Source: Bacteroidota bacterium
GTDB lineage: Bacteria > Bacteroidota > Ignavibacteria > Ignavibacteriales > Melioribacteraceae
Assembly (NCBI GenBank): GCA_021812705.1
Contig: JAKAMT010000001.1
Span: 8,016 to 72,015 of the forward strand
Direction of reading: 5' to 3'
DNA length: 64,000 nucleotides
Below are positions 19,548 through 28,492 of the stretch, one piece after another (position 1 is the first letter of the stretch; each line of letters begins with the position of its first letter). Position numbers and translations under genes: made by a program. The notes under the pieces are model-generated. The model saw only the letters and a list, made by a program, of their open reading frames with translations. It had not been told where the DNA came from and did no database searches.

Positions 19548-19985
19548 ATGGATCAGTTCATGAAGGCCGCAATAGAAGAGGCGCAGTGTGGATATGAGGA
19601 GGGAGGAATTCCGATCGGCTCCGTCATCGTCCATAACGGAAAGATAATCGGAAGAGGACATAACCGCCGCGTCCAAAAAGGAAGCGCTATTCTCCACGGC
19701 GAAATGGACGCGCTCGAAAATGCAGGACGACTCTCCGCAAAAGTTTACAAAGAAAGTGTCTTGTACACAACACTTTCTCCGTGTCCCATGTGCAGCGGCG
19801 CGATTCTTCTTTACGGAATTCCGAAAGTTGTAATCGGAGAGAATAAAACTTTTATGGGGGAAGAAGAACATCTTAAATCTAGAGGCGTTCAGGTTGAAGT
19901 CCTGCAGGACGAAACATGTATAAACCTGATGACAAAATTCATAGAAGAAAAACCTGCTCTGTGGAATGAAGATATCGGCGTGTGA
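19548..19985 (+). CDS. FCY1-like cytosine deaminase (CMP/dCMP deaminase zinc-binding fold)
   Basis: HGEMDALE (H-x-E) and SPCPMCSGA (PCxxC). Alignable by eye along its full length with yeast Fcy1 (…GGIPIG…RGHN.R.QKGS..LHGE…TLSPC.MC.GA…YGIP..V.GEN…). Confidence 0.85.
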   Translation: MDQFMKAAIEEAQCGYEEGGIPIGSVIVHNGKIIGRGHNRRVQKGSAILHGEMDALENAGRLSAKVYKESVLYTTLSPCPMCSGAILLYGIPKVVIGENKTFMGEEEHLKSRGVQVEVLQDETCINLMTKFIEEKPALWNEDIGV

Positions 19986-19988
19986 TGA

Positions 19989-20013
19989 CAATAGACCACG
20001 GATGACGCGGATT
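19989..20013. repeat. Left arm of an imperfect inverted repeat bracketing the GxxExxY remnant
   Basis: The reverse complement of CAATAGACCACGGATGACGCGGATT matches 20225-20237 exactly (13 nt). It also matches 20247-20258 in 11 of 12 positions. Confidence 0.8.
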
Positions 20014-20036
20014 ATACAGATAAGCACGGATAAAAA

Positions 20037-20204
20037 ATGTTACATGAAGAGATTACGAGTCAAATTATTAATGCTTTTTATAAAGTGAATAATACGCTTG
20101 GATTCGGCTTTCTGGAAAAGGTTTATGAAAATGCGATGAAAATCAAATTGTAGAAAATGGGTTTGAAAGTTGAACAGCAAAAAAATATTCTCGAACGAAA
20201 ATAA
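20037..20204 (+). pseudogene. Decayed GxxExxY-family (PD-(D/E)XK-like) mini-gene
   Basis: My own translation reads MLHEEITSQIINAFYKVNNTLGFGFLEKVYENAMKIKL*KMGLKVEQQKNILERK*. It contains the name-giving G-F-L-E-K-V-Y motif. There is an in-frame TAG at 20151-20153, and the reading frame ends after about 55 codons. Full-length members are roughly 120-130 aa as I recall. Confidence 0.7.
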
Positions 20205-20224
20205 AAATTAAAATAATCCGTTTA

Positions 20225-20258
20225 AATCCGCGTCATCAGTGTTATCCGCGGTCTATTG
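20225..20258. repeat. Right arm of the inverted repeat (with a 9-nt insertion)
   Basis: AATCCGCGTCATC-agtgttatc-CGCGGTCTATTG is complementary to 19989-20013 apart from the 9-nt bulge and one mismatch. Confidence 0.8.
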
Positions 20259-20273
20259 TAGAAAGGACTCGTA

Positions 20274-22616
20274 ATGAAAAAACTATTTTATCTTTTCGCA
20301 CTTATCTCCTTATTCACTCTCTCCGCTCAGAACAAACAAAAAACACCGTATGATTATGTTAATCCGTTTATCGGCACAGATGATATGGGACACACGTATC
20401 CCGGCGCTGTTGTTCCATTCGGATTGGTGCAGTTAAGTCCGGAAACCGATTCCGTTCTCTATAACAACGGAAAAAATTATAATCCCGATGTTTACAAGTA
20501 CTGCGCTGGATATCAGTATGCGGATAAAACCATAACCGGATTTTCACACACCCACCTGAACGGCACGGGTCATTCCGATCTGGGAGATTTTTTAATGATT
20601 CCCACGACGGGAAAAATAAAATTTAATCCGGGCACAAAGGATATTCCCGGCAGCGGATACAGATCGAGATTCTCGCACGATAAAGAGAGCGCCAAACCGG
20701 GATACTATTCCGTTCATCTTGACGACTATAATATAGATGTTGAACTTACAGCAACCGAACACGCCGGGTTTCATAAATATAAATTTCCTAAGAATAGTGA
20801 CGCACATGTAATTCTAGATCTCACTTCCGGCATATATAATTATGACGGCAAAGTCGTATGGTCTTCTGTAAGAGTTGAAAACAAAACTTTGGTCACAGGT
20901 TTCCGGCAGACAAACGGATGGGCGCGTACGCGCTATGTCTACTTCGCCATGGAATTTTCGAGACCGATTAAATCTTATCAGCTTAGAAATGACGAACAAA
21001 GTGTGTACGGCGGCTTCTGGCGGAAATTTAATCAGAATGAAAATTTTCCCGAGAGAGCCGGGCATAAGGTGAAATGCGCATTCAACTTTGATGCTATGGA
21101 CGGCGGAGAAATTTTAGTAAAAGTTGGGTTGAGCGGTGTAAGCACACGAAACGCGCTGCAAAATCTGAAAGCGGAAATTCCGGGATGGGATTTTAACAAG
21201 GTAGTGAAAAACGCAAAAGAAAAATGGAACAAAGAACTTTCCAAAATTACTATCCAGGCTGATGAAGAGAGAAAAATTAATTTTTACACAGCGATGTATC
21301 ACAGCTTTTTGAATCCGAATATTTTTTCCGATGTGAACGGAGAATACCGCGGACTCGATCAGAATATTCATAAATCCGCAAAGTCCGTTAACTATACAAC
21401 TTTTTCTCTGTGGGACACTTACCGCGCGCTTCATCCTCTCTACACAATTATTCAGCAGAAGCGTTCCGGAGATATTGTAAATTCCATGATTGAGCATTAC
21501 GAACAGAGTGTTCACAAAATTTTGCCGGTTTGGTCGCATTGGGCAAATGAAAACTGGTGCATGATCGGATATCACGCGGTGCCCGTTCTTGCGGATGCGC
21601 TGATGAAAGGAATAGGCGGTTTCGATAAGAATAAAGCTTTCGAAGCCGTAATTGCCAGCTCGAATTATGAACCGTATGACGGAATCGGAGGATACAAAAA
21701 ATACGGCTATGTGCCGGAAGATCTGAGCTCCAACTCTGCATCCAAAACTCTTGAATATGCTTACGACGACTGGACTATATATAAGATGGCGGAAAAATTG
21801 GGAAGGAAAAAGGAAGCCGAAGAATATTTGAAGCGCGCCAACAGCTACAAAAATATTTTTGATCCGAAGACCGGATATCTCCGCGCTAAAAAAACCGACG
21901 GCACATTTAAACTCCCGTTCGATCCGCTCAGCGTTGTTAATCAGGGCTACATTGAAGGTAACGCATGGAACTATTCCCTCTATGTTCCGCATGATATAAA
22001 AGGATTTATGAAACTTATCGGCGGAAAAGAAAAATTAGTTACGTGGCTCGATTCGCTTTTCACATTTGACCTGCCGGATAAATATTTCGGCGAGAGCGAG
22101 GATGTAACAAAAGTCGGAATGATCGGAAATTATGTCCACGGAAATGAGCCCTCGCATCATGTTCCGTATATGTATAATTACGCCGGAATGCCGTGGAAGA
22201 CTCAGGAGCGAATTCATCAGATCGTAAATACAATGTACAAGCCGGAACCGCACGGTTTATGCGGCAATGACGATTGCGGTCAAATGTCCGCCTGGTATAT
22301 ATTCAGCGTCATGGGGTTTTATCCGGTTGCGCCCGGAAGCAATGAATATGTGATCGGCAGCCCGTGTGTTGCAAGCGCAGTTATAAATCTGGAGAACGGT
22401 AAAAAATTTATTGTCGCCGCAGAAAATCTTTCAGAAAAAAATATCTATATAAAAGAAGTTTTTCTGAACGGGAAAAAAATCGACAGAAGCTACATAACTC
22501 ACGGTGAAATTATAAACGGAGGCAGTTTAAAGTTTGTGATGCAGAATCAGCCTAATAAAAATTGGGCGGTCGGAATAAATTCCCTGCCGTATTCATTAAA
22601 CAATTCGGAGAAGTAA
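20274..22616 (+). CDS. Glycoside hydrolase family 92 alpha-mannosidase, secreted
   Basis: NPFIGTD..GHTYPGA, GNEPSHHVPYMYNY and CGNDDCGQMSAWY hallmark motifs. 780 aa. Confidence 0.95.
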   Translation: MKKLFYLFALISLFTLSAQNKQKTPYDYVNPFIGTDDMGHTYPGAVVPFGLVQLSPETDSVLYNNGKNYNPDVYKYCAGYQYADKTITGFSHTHLNGTGHSDLGDFLMIPTTGKIKFNPGTKDIPGSGYRSRFSHDKESAKPGYYSVHLDDYNIDVELTATEHAGFHKYKFPKNSDAHVILDLTSGIYNYDGKVVWSSVRVENKTLVTGFRQTNGWARTRYVYFAMEFSRPIKSYQLRNDEQSVYGGFWRKFNQNENFPERAGHKVKCAFNFDAMDGGEILVKVGLSGVSTRNALQNLKAEIPGWDFNKVVKNAKEKWNKELSKITIQADEERKINFYTAMYHSFLNPNIFSDVNGEYRGLDQNIHKSAKSVNYTTFSLWDTYRALHPLYTIIQQKRSGDIVNSMIEHYEQSVHKILPVWSHWANENWCMIGYHAVPVLADALMKGIGGFDKNKAFEAVIASSNYEPYDGIGGYKKYGYVPEDLSSNSASKTLEYAYDDWTIYKMAEKLGRKKEAEEYLKRANSYKNIFDPKTGYLRAKKTDGTFKLPFDPLSVVNQGYIEGNAWNYSLYVPHDIKGFMKLIGGKEKLVTWLDSLFTFDLPDKYFGESEDVTKVGMIGNYVHGNEPSHHVPYMYNYAGMPWKTQERIHQIVNTMYKPEPHGLCGNDDCGQMSAWYIFSVMGFYPVAPGSNEYVIGSPCVASAVINLENGKKFIVAAENLSEKNIYIKEVFLNGKKIDRSYITHGEIINGGSLKFVMQNQPNKNWAVGINSLPYSLNNSEK

Positions 22617-22617
22617 A

Positions 22618-24948
22618 ATGGGCGTTCTCTATTTCTCAAAAATTAAATACGCAATTGTTTTTTTTCTTTTTTTAATTCTAACCGGCGGAATTTTCTTATC
22701 GGCCGGGAATGATCTTCAGAATTTAGCCGATTACATAAATCCTCTGATCGGAACTCAGGGGGAAGGAAATGTTTATCCGGGTCCTGCAGCTCCGCACGGA
22801 ATGGTTCAGCTTGGTCCCGATACCGATAGAAGAAGCTGGGAAACCGCTTCCGGATATGAATATGGAGACAGCGTGCTGATAGGATTCAGTATGCAGCATT
22901 TGAGCGGCACGGGCATCCCTGATCTTGGAGATTTTTTAATTATGCCGTCTGTGGGCAAATTAAAATTCACGCCGGGCACGGTAGAGAAAAAAGATAAAAA
23001 CGGAAACCGGCATTTTATTCAGGACCCAGATTCCGGCTACTGCACAAAATTTTTTCATAAAGATGAAATTGCCAAAGCCGGATATTATTCCGTTAAACTT
23101 CCGGAACACAATGTGCTCGTTGAACTTGCCGCAACCGAACGCGCGGGCTTTTTAAAATTTACATTTCCTAAAACCGACAGCGCAAACATAATGATGGATC
23201 TTGCAGAAGTTCTGCAGTGGAATGTAAAATGGTCAAGCGTCCGCGCAGAAAGTAAAACTTTAGTAACCGGCTATCATCTAGTAAACGGATGGGCAAAAGA
23301 ACGGCATCTCTATTTTGCCGCCCGATATTCTAAACCCTATGATGATTTCGGAATAATTCAAAATGGAAAAAAAGTAATCTATAATACTGCGAGATTCAGA
23401 AGCCGTTACGAAGCCGCATCACCCAACATTCAGTACTACACAACCTATTCCACAAAAGATAAAGAAGTAATAATGGTCAAAGTGGGAATCTCCGCCGTGA
23501 GCAGCGCCAATGCAATGATGAATTTGGATAAAGAAATTCCCGACTGGAATTTTGATAAAGTTGTAAACGATACACGCGCTAAGTGGAATAAAGAGATGCA
23601 GAAGATGAGAATTGAAGGAACCAGGGAAGAAAAAGAAACTTTCTATACCTCTCTTTATCATTGTCTGCTTACACCTACCATTTATCAGGATGTGAACGGT
23701 GAATACCGGGGTCTCGATCAAAATATTCACAAAGCGAAGGGATTTACAAACTATGCAATCTTTTCTCTGTGGGATACTTACCGCGCGGTTCATCCGCTTT
23801 TTAACCTGATCCAGCCCGAAAGAAATGCGGATATGATCAATTCGATGCTGGCTCACTATGATCAAAGCGTGGAACATCTTCTTCCGGTCTGGTCATTGAA
23901 CAATAATGAAACCTGGTGCATGATCGGATACCACGCCGTTCCCGTTATTGCGGACGCCGTTATGCAGGGAATAAAAGGATTTGATTACGAGAGGGCTTAC
24001 GAAGCGTGCAAAAATACCGCAATGAATCCGAATTACGATTCGGTAGCCGAGTATGCAAAAATCGGCTATGTCCCTTTCGATCACGAAAACGAGTCGGTCT
24101 CTAAAACTCTTGAATACGCATTTGATGATTACTGCATTGCTCAGATGGCAAAAAAACTCGGGAAGAAAAATGATTATGAATATTTTATGAAACGGTCGAC
24201 CGGTTATAAAAATATTTTCGATCCTTCCACAAATTTAATGCGCGGAAAAGATTCAAAAGGAAATTGGAGAACTCCGTTCGATCCGCACGGCTACATTGAC
24301 GATATGATGAAGCGCGATATTACTGAAGGAACAAACTGGCAGTACAGTTGGTATGTTCCTCAGGATGTGAATGCCCTGATCAAACTTCAGGGAGGCAAAG
24401 AAAAATTCGCGGCTAAACTTGATACTCTATTTATGGAACAAAAGAAGGGAGAAGCGGAAAAGGGTTCGGAAGATATTCTGGGGCGCTTCGGAGAATACTG
24501 GCACGGCAACGAACCGGCCCATCATGTGACTTATCTTTATAATTTCGCGGGTGCGCCGTGGAAGACCCAGAAACTTATCCGCGATATTATGGAAACTCAG
24601 TACGGCAACAAACCGAATTCACTCTGCGGTAATGACGACTGCGGACAGATGTCCGCTTGGTATCTATTCAATACTATGGGATTTTATCCAATCGCCCCAA
24701 GCAGTAATCAATATGTAATCGGAACTCCGTGCGCTAAAAAAGTAATCATGAAGCTCGGAAATGGAAAAACTTTTACTACCGTCGCGGAAAATTTTTCTAA
24801 AGAGAATATCTACATTCAATCCGTTATTTTGAACGGAAAGAATTGGAATAATTATATAATTCCGGCAGCCGAAATAAGCAAAGGCGGCTCGCTTGTTTTT
24901 GTCATGGGAGAAAAACCGAATAAGAATTGGGCGGTTTCACAAAATTAG
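22618..24948 (+). CDS. Glycoside hydrolase family 92 alpha-mannosidase, tandem paralogue
   Basis: Same motif set (NPLIGTQGEGNVYPGP, GNEPAHHVTYLYNF, CGNDDCGQMSAWY). It starts 1 nt after the stop of the first copy. Confidence 0.95.
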   Translation: MGVLYFSKIKYAIVFFLFLILTGGIFLSAGNDLQNLADYINPLIGTQGEGNVYPGPAAPHGMVQLGPDTDRRSWETASGYEYGDSVLIGFSMQHLSGTGIPDLGDFLIMPSVGKLKFTPGTVEKKDKNGNRHFIQDPDSGYCTKFFHKDEIAKAGYYSVKLPEHNVLVELAATERAGFLKFTFPKTDSANIMMDLAEVLQWNVKWSSVRAESKTLVTGYHLVNGWAKERHLYFAARYSKPYDDFGIIQNGKKVIYNTARFRSRYEAASPNIQYYTTYSTKDKEVIMVKVGISAVSSANAMMNLDKEIPDWNFDKVVNDTRAKWNKEMQKMRIEGTREEKETFYTSLYHCLLTPTIYQDVNGEYRGLDQNIHKAKGFTNYAIFSLWDTYRAVHPLFNLIQPERNADMINSMLAHYDQSVEHLLPVWSLNNNETWCMIGYHAVPVIADAVMQGIKGFDYERAYEACKNTAMNPNYDSVAEYAKIGYVPFDHENESVSKTLEYAFDDYCIAQMAKKLGKKNDYEYFMKRSTGYKNIFDPSTNLMRGKDSKGNWRTPFDPHGYIDDMMKRDITEGTNWQYSWYVPQDVNALIKLQGGKEKFAAKLDTLFMEQKKGEAEKGSEDILGRFGEYWHGNEPAHHVTYLYNFAGAPWKTQKLIRDIMETQYGNKPNSLCGNDDCGQMSAWYLFNTMGFYPIAPSSNQYVIGTPCAKKVIMKLGNGKTFTTVAENFSKENIYIQSVILNGKNWNNYIIPAAEISKGGSLVFVMGEKPNKNWAVSQN

Positions 24949-25031
24949 CGGCGGAATTAGAGAAACAATTGAACCAGCCGTAAACCCGATTCGTCTAATT
25001 TCTGTCTTCAAAAAAACTTTAGAGGCAGAGA

Positions 25032-25598
25032 ATGGAACGAAGAGAGTTTACACAAAAAATACTTGCGCTGGGCGTTTGTCCCGCTGTTCTGATGAACTTG
25101 ACCGGAACAGATATGGAAGCAAAAACGGCGCATTCGGATGATAAGGTTTTTGAGCAGATTAAACGGGAAAAGGAATTTATTGAAAATTGGCTGAGTGATC
25201 TACTTGATTCGATGGACAAAAGCATTGACCGCGAAACACAAGTGAAAATAGTGGAAGGATGCGGACGGGGATGTTTTAACAGATTTCAGTTTAAAAAAGA
25301 TATTGCCAATAAAGCCGATGGGGAACTGGAAAAATTAATTGAAGCATATTCGAAGAATTATGAAATATGGAAAGAAGAAAATACGGTTCATATTCGCTAC
25401 GGAGAAATATCCAATGGATGCTATTGTCCCGCTGCAAAATACCGCACACCAAAACCGAATGATCTTCATTGTGAATGCTCGCGCACAACGCATCAGACTA
25501 TTTTTGAAATGGCTCTAAAAAGACAATTTAAAATTGATATCGCAGAAAGCGTGCGCCGCGGCGGAAAAACCTGCCACTTTATAGTTCATTTGACTTAA
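25032..25598 (+). CDS. Cys-rich hypothetical protein with Tat-like signal
   Basis: MERREFTQKILALG resembles a twin-arginine leader. Cys clusters at GCGRGC, NGCYCP and HCECS. Family not recognised. Confidence 0.4.
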   Translation: MERREFTQKILALGVCPAVLMNLTGTDMEAKTAHSDDKVFEQIKREKEFIENWLSDLLDSMDKSIDRETQVKIVEGCGRGCFNRFQFKKDIANKADGELEKLIEAYSKNYEIWKEENTVHIRYGEISNGCYCPAAKYRTPKPNDLHCECSRTTHQTIFEMALKRQFKIDIAESVRRGGKTCHFIVHLT

Positions 25599-25710
25599 AG
25601 CAGAGGCAAAACAACTATTTTCAACAAATGTAAAAGTATTGTAAAAGTTGATTTTGCACACCAAATCCGATCGAATCGTTTCCGCGTAATAATTATTTTT
25701 GAACTCGAAG

Positions 25711-25738
25711 GAAAGAATTGCGGTAAAGAAATTCTTTC
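25711..25738 (+). terminator. Hairpin between 25032-25598 and 25773-27587 (terminator or leader structure)
   Basis: GAAAGAATT (25711-25719) / AATTCTTTC (25730-25738) forms a 9-bp stem, followed by TTTCCGATTTTG. Confidence 0.4.
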
Positions 25739-25772
25739 TTTCCGATTTTGAATTAATATTCCGGAAACAAAA

Positions 25773-27587
25773 ATGATTAAAGCTAAAGGACACACATTTC
25801 ATATTCCCGTTCTGGGCGTTGCTTTCTCCGTCGATGCGCCGGTTAAAGTTGCTAAATACGGTATCTCTTCCGTTGTCTCGCTCGTGGATGATTCGCTGAT
25901 GGAAAAACTTCGCGGACATTATCTTAAAAAAATCGGCGAGGAATATATTCCAATTGAGGAGAAAACCGGAGACGCGCGCGCCAAAAGAACAACCGCATAT
26001 CTCAACACTCTGAATAAAATTGTTGAAAGCGATTTTGAATCGTTGAAAAATTCTCCGTTCGAAGAGGGAAGCGAGATTACAAAGTATTTCGACATGCTGC
26101 CTGAAACTTCGGAATTGAAAAAACTATTCGTCGAAATGAAGGAAGAAAAAAATGAATCTGTAAAAATATCTCTGCAGAAAAAACTGCGCGATGAAATTTA
26201 CAAGGGCTCCGTTGATGTAAATATCATGACGAAATTAGATAAAGCAAATTATGATTCCGATGGGAACCAGCTTTCAAATGAATTCAACGATGCTCACGCA
26301 GCCCTTCGGGGATTTGCAGAAAGTGATTTGAACGCCTCAATTATTTTTTCTGCCGGCATGAATCCGAAACTTTACAGCTACGCAGAAACATTTAATGATT
26401 TCTATCCGGATGCTGAAGGAAAATTTAAAAAGAGGATTGTTATTAAAGTTAGCGATTACAGGTCGGCGTTAATCCAGGGAAAATTTCTTGCAAAAAAAGG
26501 TTTGTGGGTTTCCGAATTCAGAATTGAATCGGGATTAAATTGCGGAGGGCATGCGTTTGCAACCGACGGCTTGCTGCTCGGACCAATCCTTCAGGAATTC
26601 AAGGATAAAAGAGAAGAACTGCTGAATGAGATTAAGGGAATTTATCTGCCGGCATTGAAGAAAAAAAATATTCTTATAGATGAAGAAAAACTTTCTTATG
26701 ATGTTACCGTTCAGGGCGGCGTTGGAAAATGGAGCGAACATGAATTTCTGATCCGCAATTACGGTGTGAAATCTGTAGGCTGGGGCAGCCCGTTTCTTTT
26801 GGTTCCGGAAGTAATGAATGTTGACGACTACACGCTTCAGAAACTTGCGGACGCAAAAGAGGATGACCTTTATCTCAGCGGCATCTCGCCGCTTGGAGTT
26901 CCCTTCAATAGTCTCCGCAACAACAGCAAAGACCTTGAAAAAATGGAAAGAGTTGCTGCCGGAAAACCGGGAAGCGGATGTCCGAAGAAATTTCTTATCT
27001 CAAATAAAGATTATTCCGATAAGCCTCTCTGCACAGCATCTGTTACTTTTATAAATAAAAAACTTTCCGATCTGAAAAACAGCGGACTGACCGACGAGGA
27101 ATATCAAAAAGAATTCGACAAAACGGTTGATAAAGTTTGCCTCTGCGAAGGTCTTACCGTAAGCGGCTTAATTGTAAATAATATTGATACGCACAAACAG
27201 AGCCGCGCGGTTTCGGTTTGCCCGGGCCCGAATCTGGCATATTTCTCTAAAATTGTCACACTCCAAGAGATGGTAGACCACATCTACGGAAGAACAGATA
27301 TTGTTACTAATCCCGCCAGACCGAATATGTTTGTTAAGGAGCTCGAACTCTATGTCGATTATCTGAAGAAAAAAATCGAGGAGATCGATTATAAATTTTC
27401 CGACAAAGAGGAAGAATTCTTCAACACATTTACTACTAATCTTCTGGACGGAATAGCTTACTACGGAAAAATGATCGACGAAATTATAGAGGAATCAGAT
27501 TCCGTCAGAGACGCTATAAGAGAGGGCGTTGCGTCACTGGAGCAGAAACTCCTCTCGATCTTTTCCGTCGATGTCGCCATCGATTGA
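25773..27587 (+). CDS. Conserved-looking hypothetical protein, 604 aa, family not recognised
   Basis: Long uninterrupted ORF with a plausible start. Short motifs HIPVLGVAFSVD and ESGLNCGGHAF are faintly reminiscent of FMN TIM-barrel enzymes. This is a weak impression only. Confidence 0.4.
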   Translation: MIKAKGHTFHIPVLGVAFSVDAPVKVAKYGISSVVSLVDDSLMEKLRGHYLKKIGEEYIPIEEKTGDARAKRTTAYLNTLNKIVESDFESLKNSPFEEGSEITKYFDMLPETSELKKLFVEMKEEKNESVKISLQKKLRDEIYKGSVDVNIMTKLDKANYDSDGNQLSNEFNDAHAALRGFAESDLNASIIFSAGMNPKLYSYAETFNDFYPDAEGKFKKRIVIKVSDYRSALIQGKFLAKKGLWVSEFRIESGLNCGGHAFATDGLLLGPILQEFKDKREELLNEIKGIYLPALKKKNILIDEEKLSYDVTVQGGVGKWSEHEFLIRNYGVKSVGWGSPFLLVPEVMNVDDYTLQKLADAKEDDLYLSGISPLGVPFNSLRNNSKDLEKMERVAAGKPGSGCPKKFLISNKDYSDKPLCTASVTFINKKLSDLKNSGLTDEEYQKEFDKTVDKVCLCEGLTVSGLIVNNIDTHKQSRAVSVCPGPNLAYFSKIVTLQEMVDHIYGRTDIVTNPARPNMFVKELELYVDYLKKKIEEIDYKFSDKEEEFFNTFTTNLLDGIAYYGKMIDEIIEESDSVRDAIREGVASLEQKLLSIFSVDVAID

Positions 27588-27604
27588 TTTTTTTGATTGA
27601 ACCG

Positions 27605-27628
27605 GGGGCAATTAAATTTAATTGCCCC
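27605..27628. terminator. Perfect 24-nt palindrome downstream of 25773-27587
   Basis: GGGGCAATTAAATTTAATTGCCCC is its own reverse complement. It lies 18 nt after the stop codon. There is no U-tract (TCTCTCC follows), so terminator function is uncertain. Confidence 0.45.
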
Positions 27629-27739
27629 GTCTCTCCAATTGCCGCCGCATTTAATCCGAATAATAAGCCTGAATTATTTTCATTGAATATTATCTTTCAT
27701 TAACTCATATTTAAGCGCCTAACAAAAAAGGGGAAGGCC

Positions 27740-28492
27740 ATGAAAGAAAATAAAATACTACGAAAAATTTTGAGTGGTTTGCTTTCGGTTGTTTTTATGC
27801 TGAGCACAACGGTCTGCGGCGCTAAAACTATAAGGGGAATAGTTCTTGATAAAAACATGATCAAACCCATTCCCGGAAGCACGGTCATGCTGATTGATAA
27901 AAACAAAATTTACGCCGTTGCGCTGACGGACAGCTCCGGCGTTTTCGCTTTTAAAAATATAGAGCTTGAGAGATTTAATTTCAGAGTAAAAAGAATCGGT
28001 TACGCGGAAGCGTTTGTCGGTCCGATGCTGATGTCGAAAATTGATACGCTGAATCTTACGGTTAAACTTGACGAGACTGAAATTGTGATGGAGGAACAGG
28101 TCGTTAGTGAAAAGAAAATCTATGACGATCTTGTCAAAATCGGTTTCTACAACAGGAAAGAGATGGGAATAGGTAAATATATAACGCCGCCGGATTTGAG
28201 GAAAAGACATTTTTCATTTGTTTCCGATCTCTTGGTTGGAATACCCGGATTGATAGTTAAACGCGGTCAGTTTGGAATGCTCGAAATATTTTCGAATAGA
28301 GCGTTGAATTCTGCATTAGGACCGTCAGGCCCGGTTACAATTTACGTCGACGGCATGCAGCTTGACAGACCCGAAGATCTCGATATGTTAAACGCTTCTG
28401 ATATTGCCGCAGTTGAATTCTATAATATTTCAACATCCCCTTCGGAATATTACGGAGCATCGGGATCTCTTCTTCTCTGGACAAAAAAATAA
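27740..28492 (+). CDS. Carboxypeptidase-regulatory-like domain protein (TonB-receptor N-terminal-like), secreted
   Basis: Signal peptide, then IRGIVLDKNMIKPIPGSTVMLID....TDSSGVFAF (CarboxypepD_reg pattern). A plug-like segment follows. Confidence 0.6.
   Translation: MKENKILRKILSGLLSVVFMLSTTVCGAKTIRGIVLDKNMIKPIPGSTVMLIDKNKIYAVALTDSSGVFAFKNIELERFNFRVKRIGYAEAFVGPMLMSKIDTLNLTVKLDETEIVMEEQVVSEKKIYDDLVKIGFYNRKEMGIGKYITPPDLRKRHFSFVSDLLVGIPGLIVKRGQFGMLEIFSNRALNSALGPSGPVTIYVDGMQLDRPEDLDMLNASDIAAVEFYNISTSPSEYYGASGSLLLWTKK

Noticed and set aside
19533-20027. 164-aa minus-strand ORF opposite the cytosine deaminase gene
   Set aside because: The plus-strand product aligns along its whole length with Fcy1-type deaminases. 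The antisense product has no recognisable features.
21114-21992. 292-aa minus-strand ORF inside the first GH92 gene (similar cases at 20592-21244, 21448-21741, 22035-22253, 23419-23877, 23893-24084)
   Set aside because: It is antisense to GH92 genes that show all family motifs. The translations have no motifs and a skewed composition.
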